A stretch of DNA of 32,000 bases from Cyclobacteriaceae bacterium (GTDB lineage Bacteria > Bacteroidota > Bacteroidia > Cytophagales > Cyclobacteriaceae): NCBI GenBank assembly GCA_028285445.1, contig JANQPQ010000004.1, positions 90,672 through 122,671 of the forward strand, in the 5' to 3' direction. The notes below the pieces were generated by a model. That model made no database searches, was not told the DNA's origin, and saw only the letters and a program-made list of their open reading frames with translations. Positions 1-7,428 of the stretch are shown here, one piece after another; position 1 is the stretch's first letter; each line of letters begins with the position of its first letter. Both the position numbers and the translations under genes were made by a program.

Positions 1-855
1 GCGATTTGTGGTCCTCTTATAGCGGCAATTTTCGTTGAGTTTTTGCAACCCACACATCTTCTTCCGCTCTCAGCCGGCATTCTATTGATTTCGACTTATT
101 GTATCAATCTTTTGTGCAAATGGAAGCTCAAAGAGACTGGCAAAGTAAAGTTGTCTCAAAATGGGCGTTCATTTAGTCAACCCATTGGTGGTTCTATTTG
201 GAGTGGTTTGCAGGCTACTTTTAAATCCAGATACCTGGGAGGAATTGGCCTTTTCATAGTGTTGTACACCACAGTATCAACTTTCCTCTATTTTGAACAG
301 GCTCACCTCATCGATCAGGCCAGCTTGACCTCAGCCAAGCGTACACAGCTTTTTGCCGGAATAGACCTGGCAACCAACGTAATTGCCATTAGCGCGCAGT
401 TGTTTTTGACCTCCAGGGTAATGCTTAAGCTTGGTTTAGCCCTTACATTGGCTTTGGTACCATTGCTTGTAGCCCTGGGATTCTTTACTCTTAGTCTTAC
501 CACAGCCCTGCCGGTAGTGATTGCATTACAAATAGTTCACCGCGCAGGAAATTTTTCATTGCTTAGGCCCGGCAGAGAAATACTATTTACTTCAGTAACC
601 ATGGAACAACGATACAAAGCCAAAAACTTTGTTGACACTGTAGTTTACCGTGGTGGTGATGCCGTAACCGGTTGGGCATTTGCCGGGTTGCTATCCCTTG
701 GGTTGGGGCTATCGGCATTGGCCTTCATTGCCGCCATCATCAGCCTGACGTGGATGGCTGCAGGATATGGTTTAGGGAAGCTTGGCTTGCAACAGAACAG
801 AACGCATCAGGATGTTGATCATGGGCCCATAATCAGCCAAAAAGTAATAACTTAA
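1..855 (+). CDS. C-terminal part of a polytopic membrane transporter (MFS-like, possibly TLC/Npt ATP:ADP-antiporter-like clade); 5' end lies outside the window
   Basis: Frame 1 is open from nt 1 (AICGPLIAAIFVEF...), so the listed TTG at 43 is probably not the true start. There are several long hydrophobic helices. The segment EQRYKAKNFVDTVVYRGGDAVTGW resembles, from memory, a conserved segment of TLC-family carriers. No search was run. Confidence 0.55.
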   Translation, partial: AICGPLIAAIFVEFLQPTHLLPLSAGILLISTYCINLLCKWKLKETGKVKLSQNGRSFSQPIGGSIWSGLQATFKSRYLGGIGLFIVLYTTVSTFLYFEQAHLIDQASLTSAKRTQLFAGIDLATNVIAISAQLFLTSRVMLKLGLALTLALVPLLVALGFFTLSLTTALPVVIALQIVHRAGNFSLLRPGREILFTSVTMEQRYKAKNFVDTVVYRGGDAVTGWAFAGLLSLGLGLSALAFIAAIISLTWMAAGYGLGKLGLQQNRTHQDVDHGPIISQKVIT

Positions 856-865
856 CAAAGCGAAT

Positions 866-1780
866 ATGGATTTGCAGCGCAGACAGACTCTAAAAAACAT
901 AGGCGCTCTTGCCGCCACTTGCGTCTTAAGCCCCCAGTCCCTTTGGGCAAACAATAACGTGATAACCCGTGTTATTCCATCAAGTGGAGAAGCTATTCCG
1001 GTGGTAGGTCTTGGCACCTGGATACAATTCGATGTGGGTAACTCTGCATCAGAAAGGCAACAGCTTACTAGGGTGCTCAACGAAATGCTTAAGCAAGGAG
1101 TCAAGGTGGTAGATTCTTCTCCCATGTACGGTTCAGCTGAAACTGTGGTTGGAGACCTTACCTCAAAACTCTCCAACCCCGATCATTTCTTCTATGCAAC
1201 CAAAGTATGGACCTCCGGGCGATCTGCCGGTATTGAGCAAATGACATCCTCCATGCGCAAGATGCGGAGGAAAAGCATGGATTTGATGCAAGTTCACAAC
1301 CTTGTTGACTGGCAGACTCATCTTGATACTTTACGAGGCTGGAAAGAAGATGGCAAAGTTAGATACATCGGAATTACACACTACACTAACTCTTCACACC
1401 AAAATCTAAAACGGATAATCGAATCAGAGAAAATCGACTTTGTGCAATGTAATTACTCCATTGCCGGACGCCACGCCGAGAACAACCTGTTGGCTGCAGC
1501 CGCCGACAATGGCGTAGCAGTGCTCATCAACAGACCTTATGAAGGTGGCTCATTATTCAGGCAAACAAGAGGTATGGAGTTACCAGATTGGGCCCAGGAG
1601 TTCGACATTAACAGTTGGGGGCAGTACTTCCTGAAATATATTCTTTCTCATCCAGCAGTAACCTGCGTTATACCGGGCACCTCAAAACCAAAGCATATCA
1701 TCGACAACATGGGTGCTGGCATGGGTAAATTACCTGACATTGCGGCTCGTAAAAAGATGGTGAAATATCTTGGCTTGTAA
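866..1780 (+). CDS. Aldo/keto reductase family oxidoreductase with a twin-arginine (Tat)-like signal peptide
   Basis: 304 aa. The N-terminus MDLQRRQTLKNIGALAATCVLSPQSLWA matches a Tat signal (RR-x-x-L-K, hydrophobic region, LWA). The AKR core starts at IPVVGLGTW. Tetrad-like positions are DSSPMY, ATK and VHN, plus RYIGITHY. An alternative GTG start at 959 would remove the signal. Confidence 0.85.
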   Translation: MDLQRRQTLKNIGALAATCVLSPQSLWANNNVITRVIPSSGEAIPVVGLGTWIQFDVGNSASERQQLTRVLNEMLKQGVKVVDSSPMYGSAETVVGDLTSKLSNPDHFFYATKVWTSGRSAGIEQMTSSMRKMRRKSMDLMQVHNLVDWQTHLDTLRGWKEDGKVRYIGITHYTNSSHQNLKRIIESEKIDFVQCNYSIAGRHAENNLLAAAADNGVAVLINRPYEGGSLFRQTRGMELPDWAQEFDINSWGQYFLKYILSHPAVTCVIPGTSKPKHIIDNMGAGMGKLPDIAARKKMVKYLGL

Positions 1781-1806
1781 GACAACAGTCAGTCTTCAAA
1801 TGCTTT

Positions 1807-1831
1807 GTTGGCCTCCAAGTGGCCAACTTTT
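1807..1831 (+). terminator. Putative rho-independent terminator after the aldo/keto reductase gene
   Basis: GTTGGCC (1807-1813) / loop TCCAAGT / GGCCAAC (1821-1827), followed by TTTT (1828-1831). It lies 27 nt after the stop at 1780. Confidence 0.5.
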
Positions 1832-1873
1832 GCTATCTTGATTTCAACAACGCATCCAAACAAGCAATTTGCC

Positions 1874-2083
1874 ATGGAAGTCGAATTGAACTCAAGGGAA
1901 ATAGAACTACTAAACCTCATTCTGCACAGAATTGTCATTAAGAATAGAACCGGGGAATTGGGGATAATTCATGGCGCCGACAGATTTATTACCACCAATA
2001 TTGCCCTCAAAACAGAAACCATTGAGGAAATAGAGCAATTATACCAGAAAGTAGGCCTGTCGCGCGGAATCAAGAAAATATAG
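1874..2083 (+). CDS. Hypothetical small protein (69 aa)
   Basis: The listed ORF 1805..2083 starts at a TTG inside the terminator hairpin. The first ATG (1874) gives MEVELNSREIELLNLILHR... I recognise no motif, so support is only ORF length and position. Confidence 0.35.
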   Translation: MEVELNSREIELLNLILHRIVIKNRTGELGIIHGADRFITTNIALKTETIEEIEQLYQKVGLSRGIKKI

Positions 2084-2120
2084 ATCCAAGTCGAACCTTC
2101 AAATTCCCTCAGCCCTCTAT

Positions 2121-2154
2121 CTAATTATTTTAGTATATTTACTAATATAATTAG
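2121..2154. promoter_or_regulatory. 34-nt near-perfect AT-rich palindrome ending 2 nt before the start codon at 2157 (operator or 5'-UTR hairpin candidate)
   Basis: CTAATTAT-T-TTAGTA-TATT-TACTAA-T-ATAATTAG. 14 of 15 arm positions are complementary, with a 4-nt centre. Confidence 0.45.
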
Positions 2155-2156
2155 TA

Positions 2157-3371
2157 ATGAAAAATTCTGGTTACGCCGACTTACCCCTTCATAATGGTAG
2201 AGTTCCCTTGTGGCTGGCACAGCGCATGAGTACTTTGGGAAAAGCCATAGTCGAGTCTATTATTCTTAATTACGGGCGCGATGAGGTAATGCGTAGGCTC
2301 AGTGACCCGCTCTGGTTTCAATCTTTGGGTTGCGTTCTGGGTATGGATTGGCATTCCTCAGGAATTACCACCTCCGTTATGGGTGCTCTGAAGAAATCAT
2401 TAAACCCAGTGGCAGCCGATCTGGGGATTTACATCTGCGGTGGCAGAGGTAAGCATTCCAGGCAAACACCCGATGAGCTAATTCTACTAGCAGACAAAGT
2501 GGGATTTGACGGTGACTATCTGGTTCGATGTAGCAAGCTCAGCGCGAAGATCGACAATACTGCCATCCAGGATGGCTTCCAGCTCTACCTGCACTCCTTT
2601 GTAGTAAGTGCCGAAGGCAACTGGGTTGTAGTTCAACAAGGTATGAACGGCACTTCCGGTATGGCTAGGAGATATCACTGGCACTCTGGTCAATTTGGTT
2701 CTTTTGTTAATGAGCCTCACAGTGCAGTCTGCGGCATTAACCAGGGCAAAATTATGAACCTGGTGGCTAATGAAGCCGGTAAAACTCGACAATCAGTTTT
2801 GGAACTTACTAAGGAAGAACCAGGAAGAATGCTACCAGAGGTTCGGAAGATATTGATGCCAAGGCATCACGATGTTCGCGCCAAAGATGTAAATCTGAAG
2901 CGACTAGGTACAGTGTTGGCCCTCTCACGAGAAAGAGACGTTAAGGATTTTGAATCACTGATTTTACTTGAAGGCTTGGGACCGCGAACGCTCCAATCTT
3001 TGGTATTGGTAAGTGAAGTAATTCATGGCACCCCCACGCGTTTCACAGACCCAGCCAGATTCTCTTTCGCTCATGGCGGAAAAGATGGTCACCCCTTCCC
3101 TGTCCCGCTAACCGTTTACGATGAGACAATCCGCATGATGCGGAAGTCTATTAATGATGCCAAAATAGGACATTACGACAAGCAGAGAGCAGTTAAGAAA
3201 TTATCGCAGGTTGCCGCCAAACTCGAGGATTCCTTTCAACCAAATACCAACTTCAACAAAGTTGTGGCCAAAGAAAGAGCTGAATCATACAAATACGGGG
3301 GAATGACTGTTGATGGCCCGGCAATACCTCCGGGTGCTAGTGCAAGCGGGCAAATGCAGTTGTTCGATTGA
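2157..3371 (+). CDS. DUF763-like uncharacterised protein with a C-terminal helix-hairpin-helix segment
   Basis: 404 aa. The N-terminal ADLPLHNGRVPLWL...MDWHSSGITTSVMGALK matches my memory of the DUF763 (PF05559/COG1415) family. LLEGLGPRTLQSLVLV (aa ~270-285) is HhH-like and is followed by GTPTRFTDP. Confidence 0.75.
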   Translation: MKNSGYADLPLHNGRVPLWLAQRMSTLGKAIVESIILNYGRDEVMRRLSDPLWFQSLGCVLGMDWHSSGITTSVMGALKKSLNPVAADLGIYICGGRGKHSRQTPDELILLADKVGFDGDYLVRCSKLSAKIDNTAIQDGFQLYLHSFVVSAEGNWVVVQQGMNGTSGMARRYHWHSGQFGSFVNEPHSAVCGINQGKIMNLVANEAGKTRQSVLELTKEEPGRMLPEVRKILMPRHHDVRAKDVNLKRLGTVLALSRERDVKDFESLILLEGLGPRTLQSLVLVSEVIHGTPTRFTDPARFSFAHGGKDGHPFPVPLTVYDETIRMMRKSINDAKIGHYDKQRAVKKLSQVAAKLEDSFQPNTNFNKVVAKERAESYKYGGMTVDGPAIPPGASASGQMQLFD

Positions 3372-3389
3372 GCAAAGAAATTAAGGATT

Positions 3390-3434
3390 CTAGTTTCAAG
3401 TATACACGACTTGGGGCTTGAGACTTGGAACTAG
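3390..3434. terminator. Possible bidirectional terminator hairpin between convergent genes
   Basis: CTAGTTTCAAGT (3390-3401) pairs with ACTTGGAACTAG (3423-3434): 12 bp including one G-U, with a 21-nt loop. It lies between the stops at 3371 (+) and 3439 (-). The flanking T-tracts are weak. Confidence 0.4.
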
Positions 3435-3438
3435 ATAC

Positions 3439-4065
3439 TTACCTAGCTATTCTCTCTATCTCCTTAACATTCACGGTATTGGCTAGTGCTACAGCCTCCG
3501 ATTCGCTTGACATATTCTCATAGGTAAAGGTCATCAGTGAATTGCCGAAAGGAACACTAATGGTGCACCTGGTTTTGCCCGTCTCTTCATCTTTATCAAG
3601 TTGGAGCATTGACTTGTATCCATCAACTTTCACTACTTTCTGATTTTCATTCCTAACCATTGCCGTCAGTAATGTAGAGCTTAAGAAAGTATTCACCATA
3701 CTTAGCATTGGTGAATTATTAGCTACTTCCACCCGAATGGATGTTTCCGGATCAGTTTCGTTTTTATAATCGCGGCCAACAAAAAGACCGGCAAACCCTA
3801 CAGAGCTTCCACTAACTGGTTCATCATCTTTTGCCCCTTCCATGTCACCCATTTTGGTTGGAAGAATCTTCAAAATCTCCTTGCCAATTACTACATCCAA
3901 CTCGGCAAGAGTCTGTTGCAATTTAAAGCGAGCATCTTCCAGATCTCCAGAGCCGTAGGAGCCCTGCGCTGAGCTAAGATTTTCTTTCACCTTGTCCTGC
4001 GCAACAGCGTATGTTGCTAGTGTGCTTAATACCAATATCAGTACTTGAATTTTCGTTCTCATCAT
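3439..4065 (-). CDS. Secreted hypothetical protein (paralog A of a tandem pair)
   Basis: 208 aa. Signal peptide MMRTKIQVLILVLSTLATYAVAQ. Colinear similarity to the upstream ORF (ARFKLQQTLAELDVVIGKEILKILP.., VGFAGLFVGRDY, VANNSPM, VKVDG, SVPFGNS). Confidence 0.7.
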   Translation of the reverse strand: MMRTKIQVLILVLSTLATYAVAQDKVKENLSSAQGSYGSGDLEDARFKLQQTLAELDVVIGKEILKILPTKMGDMEGAKDDEPVSGSSVGFAGLFVGRDYKNETDPETSIRVEVANNSPMLSMVNTFLSSTLLTAMVRNENQKVVKVDGYKSMLQLDKDEETGKTRCTISVPFGNSLMTFTYENMSSESEAVALANTVNVKEIERIAR

Positions 4066-4072
4066 CTTGCGC

Positions 4073-4819
4073 TTATTGTTCTCCTAAATAAGATTTAACC
4101 TTAACCATATCAACCTGCTCTAAAGCAGCAATGGCTACCTTCTCCGTTTCACAATAGTTGCAATCCATCATAATAATGGAAGATTGCCCAAATGGCATAC
4201 TGATCTTGAAATGATCGTTGCTAGTGAGTTCAACTACTGCCCGCTCTCCATTTACCCTCACTACTTTTACGTTGGTGTCGCCCTGCGAAGCATAAGCCGG
4301 ATTACTTATATACAAATTAGCGGCAGATACCATGGCTGCATTATTAGCTATCTGCGTGGCAATGAAATTGCCTCCCTCTTCGTACCTTCTACTTATCAGC
4401 AATCCAACAAAACCCATTCCCGTACTAACCACCTGGTCATCATCTTGGCTAAAGCCCATACCCTGCACTGTGCCGGGAAGTGCATCCAGAACCTTGTGAC
4501 CAATTTCAACTTCAATGCCCACAATAGCCTGCTGAATAGCAAATCGAGACTCTCCATATTGCTTGCTATCATAGAATCTGGACGCGTCGGAGATGTTGGC
4601 ATTTACGTCAATGGGCTCCATCTCAGAACTCATTTTTTTCTTGCCTGTAGCAGTCTTATCTGCTTCTTTGGGCTTCTCAGCTTCGTCCTCACCAAGTATG
4701 CCTTTCAGTAGCTTATTCTTATTGAGCTTGATTTTCGGTTTTTTGATTTGTGCCTGCACCGGTGTGATATACAAACAGAGCGTACAGGCTAGCAGTACCA
4801 TACCCAGTATTCTTCTCAT
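4073..4819 (-). CDS. Secreted hypothetical protein (paralog B) with a Lys/Glu-rich N-terminal extension
   Basis: 248 aa. Signal peptide MRRILGMVLLACTLCLYITPVQAQ, then a KKPKIKLNKNK...EKPKEADK low-complexity stretch. The core aligns with paralog A (SRFAIQQAIVGIEVEIGHKVLDALP, MGFVGLLISRRY, IANNAAM, VRVNG, SMPFGQS). There is a 7-nt gap to paralog A. Confidence 0.7.
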   Translation of the reverse strand: MRRILGMVLLACTLCLYITPVQAQIKKPKIKLNKNKLLKGILGEDEAEKPKEADKTATGKKKMSSEMEPIDVNANISDASRFYDSKQYGESRFAIQQAIVGIEVEIGHKVLDALPGTVQGMGFSQDDDQVVSTGMGFVGLLISRRYEEGGNFIATQIANNAAMVSAANLYISNPAYASQGDTNVKVVRVNGERAVVELTSNDHFKISMPFGQSSIIMMDCNYCETEKVAIAALEQVDMVKVKSYLGEQ

Positions 4820-5014
4820 CAGGATTCAGTTTTAAGGTTTAGCTATAAGGGTTCAATGCAAAGGGCGCCGGGCCCATTAAGGTTGAAAAAGAAAGATAAT
4901 CAATTTCACCGGTGATGTGAAATACACCTACACCAGAATGCCCAATTTGCCTGCTTCCAACCATTTACTGTCAGGTGGGGTCATGAAACAAAGGTCTAAA
5001 ACTCAAAATTGATT

Positions 5015-5704
5015 ATGGATAAAACTTTTTTGTTTCTTTTTGTGCTGTCGTTTATGTCTTGCGATGACGAGGTCGGGAACGATAATTTCCCGCAACAGTT
5101 TAGTTATTCCTTTGAAAACGACATGAATGGCTGGATTGCAGACTTCGCTGATTACCCAGTTGGCGAGGAGCAGTTTTACGAATTGAATTCCGGACACGAT
5201 ACGTTGCCGAATCCACTTGACGGCAGCCAGGGTGCACTAATGATCACCGGAAACAACCATAGTGACGATCTTTTCATGTTTATAAAGCGAAAGGTGACAG
5301 GCTTTTTACCTCATCAACAGTTGCGAATCACATTTCAGGTTGAATTTGCCTCTGACGCCCCCAATGGTTCAATTGGCGTTGGCGGCAGTCCGGCTGAAAG
5401 TGTGTATGTTAAGGTTGGAGCATCTGGTATTGAGCCAGAAAAAATAACTGATGGCAATGACTACCGGATGAATATCGATAAGGGTAACCAATCTAATGGA
5501 GGTACCGATATGATCGCCATTGGTAATGTAGCCAATGGAGATACGAAGTTTATTTACAGGCTGGTTAACAGGAATAATGCTGATTCACCAGTATCGGTAA
5601 CAGCCAATGAAGATGGAGAAGTTTGGCTGATCTTAGGAACAGATTCCGGATTCGAAGCCACAACCACCCTCTACTATAACAGCATCGTAGTCACTGTGAA
5701 CTAG
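5015..5704 (+). CDS. Hypothetical lipoprotein
   Basis: The first ATG is at 5015 (the listed start, 5009, is a TTG). MDKTFLFLFVLSFMSCDDE has a lipobox-like FMSC. The rest looks beta-rich. I recognise no family. Confidence 0.65.
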   Translation: MDKTFLFLFVLSFMSCDDEVGNDNFPQQFSYSFENDMNGWIADFADYPVGEEQFYELNSGHDTLPNPLDGSQGALMITGNNHSDDLFMFIKRKVTGFLPHQQLRITFQVEFASDAPNGSIGVGGSPAESVYVKVGASGIEPEKITDGNDYRMNIDKGNQSNGGTDMIAIGNVANGDTKFIYRLVNRNNADSPVSVTANEDGEVWLILGTDSGFEATTTLYYNSIVVTVN

Positions 5705-7317
5705 GCCAACCCCTGGATTTTCTCAAGGGTTTCTCCTTGCAATGTGATTACCCCGGATCTGGGTAAAGCGTCCCCGCCCTCGGGCCAGTGACTGGTAAGT
5801 TCATCCTTTGATCTTGATCTTTCTCCGGGATGTTGCACACTTAGGAAAAGCGTTTTACCATCAGGAGAAAAGAAAGGGCCGGTGAATTCGGCATCAGTGG
5901 GTGCGCTGGCCACTCTAATTACTTCCCCCGATTGAGGGCCATTTCGCATCAGCACGAATAGTGCATTATTCTTAAAGGGCAAATATTGAGGTATCTCCTC
6001 ATTGTTCATATGGCCACCGGGCACATCGCAGGTAAACCACAAATTGCCGGCCTTGTCAAATTCCATGTTATCCGGTGCGGCAAAGCCTGTCTCCTCTCCG
6101 CCAGCCAGGAAAGCTTCTGATGTAAATGATAAAGAGTCATATTTGCCTTCACCCTCTTCGACCTTCATTATTTGACCATAATAATTACCGGCGGGGTAGT
6201 TCTTTGTTAGCGCTACCAACACATTACCAGTCAATGGGTCTATCTCTATATCCTCGGGCCGATCTAAGGGGCTGCCGCCCACCAGCTTTGCCGCTTTTCG
6301 GAGATAGGTCAATACCTCAGTTTGATTCTTGAAATTCTGCTGCAGGACTTCTTGCGTGTCATAGTCCAGCGATATCCATCGGCCTTCATCCGTATTGGCA
6401 ACGTAAAGCGTACCATTTTCTAACGACCCTGGTTCTGAGGAGATGAATTTGTAAAGACACTCCCCCCTTTTATCGTCTCCAGTGTAAACCACAAACCTAC
6501 CATCGTCAAGCACGACTATGGTTGCGCATTCATGGGCGCAACGACCTAATGCCACGTGCTTCTTAGCATCGCCGGTTCTCGGGTCCACTTCAACTACCCA
6601 ACCATAATGTTCGGGAGGATAATCATAGATATGATGCCATTTTAACCAGCTGTTCGTCCGTTCCCCGGTTTCCAGGTCCCGCTCACCCCAGTAGTTATGA
6701 TAGTTCTCTTCACAGGTAAATATTGTACCCCAAGGGGTAATTCCCCCAGCACAATTTCCATTGGTGCCTATGGCTGTATTACTGCCATATATTTGTTCAG
6801 ACCAATTGAATGGGATTTCAGTATGCGCCGTTAAACGTCTATTGTGTGAATCGTTCACTACCATTTCCCATTTGCCAGCCTGATTCTTCTTTACCTTGAT
6901 AATCGAGCCGCCGACTTGGTACATTTCAAAATCAACATCTTCCTTCGTGCGCTCTATTTCTCCATCAAAGGCCGTGGAAAGCCGGGGGCTGAAATGCTCG
7001 TTGTTTACCCAGAGCAAACCTTCATCGGGATTATTCTCATCAGGCAGAAATGCCAGGTAATCGTTGTGACTGCCAAACTTATCATTGTCAGATATTTGGT
7101 CTTCCCACTTTACCAGCAGATCCCACTCCAGTCCTTCCGCAACGATCACCTCATCGGCATCGCTAGGCTCGATACCGTTAAACTTCCAGTTAGTTTCGGC
7201 TACTCTTTTGGTATTTTCCTCTGGCGCGCAAGCAATAAGGGCCGGCGGTAGTACTGCAGTACCTACCACACTTTTTCCAAGGAAATCAAGAAAGGTTCTT
7301 CGACTTTGTTTTTTCAA
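5701..7317 (-). CDS. phoX: PhoX-family (DUF839) Tat-exported alkaline phosphatase
   Basis: 538 aa. Tat motif SRRTFLDFL. Family-typical segments NCAGGITPWGTIFTCEEN and EFTGPFFSPDGKTLFLSVQHPGE. The start codon is TTG (7317-7315), and there is no in-frame ATG upstream before a TAG. Confidence 0.85.
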   Translation of the reverse strand: MKKQSRRTFLDFLGKSVVGTAVLPPALIACAPEENTKRVAETNWKFNGIEPSDADEVIVAEGLEWDLLVKWEDQISDNDKFGSHNDYLAFLPDENNPDEGLLWVNNEHFSPRLSTAFDGEIERTKEDVDFEMYQVGGSIIKVKKNQAGKWEMVVNDSHNRRLTAHTEIPFNWSEQIYGSNTAIGTNGNCAGGITPWGTIFTCEENYHNYWGERDLETGERTNSWLKWHHIYDYPPEHYGWVVEVDPRTGDAKKHVALGRCAHECATIVVLDDGRFVVYTGDDKRGECLYKFISSEPGSLENGTLYVANTDEGRWISLDYDTQEVLQQNFKNQTEVLTYLRKAAKLVGGSPLDRPEDIEIDPLTGNVLVALTKNYPAGNYYGQIMKVEEGEGKYDSLSFTSEAFLAGGEETGFAAPDNMEFDKAGNLWFTCDVPGGHMNNEEIPQYLPFKNNALFVLMRNGPQSGEVIRVASAPTDAEFTGPFFSPDGKTLFLSVQHPGERSRSKDELTSHWPEGGDALPRSGVITLQGETLEKIQGLA

Positions 7318-7330
7318 GGCGTTGTAATTT

Positions 7331-7358
7331 AGGCATTCAATATAAAATTGAATTGCCT
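7331..7358. other. Stem-loop between the merR-family stop and the phoX start
   Basis: AGGCATTCAAT (7331-7341) / loop ATAAA / ATTGAA-T-TGCCT (7347-7358): 11 bp with one bulged T. There is no convincing U-tract on either strand. Confidence 0.35.
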
Positions 7359-7428
7359 AGCAAGCAACGCAGCCTCATTAATTAAAAGACGCAGAACCTT
7401 TCCCTAACCTGAGGTTAATTTTGGGAAG

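Noticed and set aside
1805-1873. TTG start at 1805 for the small ORF
   Set aside because: The first codons coincide with the stem-loop and T-tract that I interpret as the terminator of the upstream gene. The first ATG at 1874 is the more plausible start, if the ORF is real at all.
4184-4711. 175-aa plus-strand ORF, plus the 68-aa and 80-aa ORFs at 4396-4602 and 4593-4835
   Set aside because: They lie entirely antisense to, or overlapping, the well-supported secreted-protein gene 4073-4819. Their composition is low-complexity and Ser/Leu/Phe-rich, typical of shadow ORFs. No motifs are present.
4833-4884. Three TAAGG(G)TT copies flanking GGGCGCCGGGCCC
   Set aside because: The spacing is irregular (13 and 32 nt) and the repeat unit is only 7-8 nt. 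Chance occurrence cannot be excluded, so they are mentioned only as context for the nearby palindrome.
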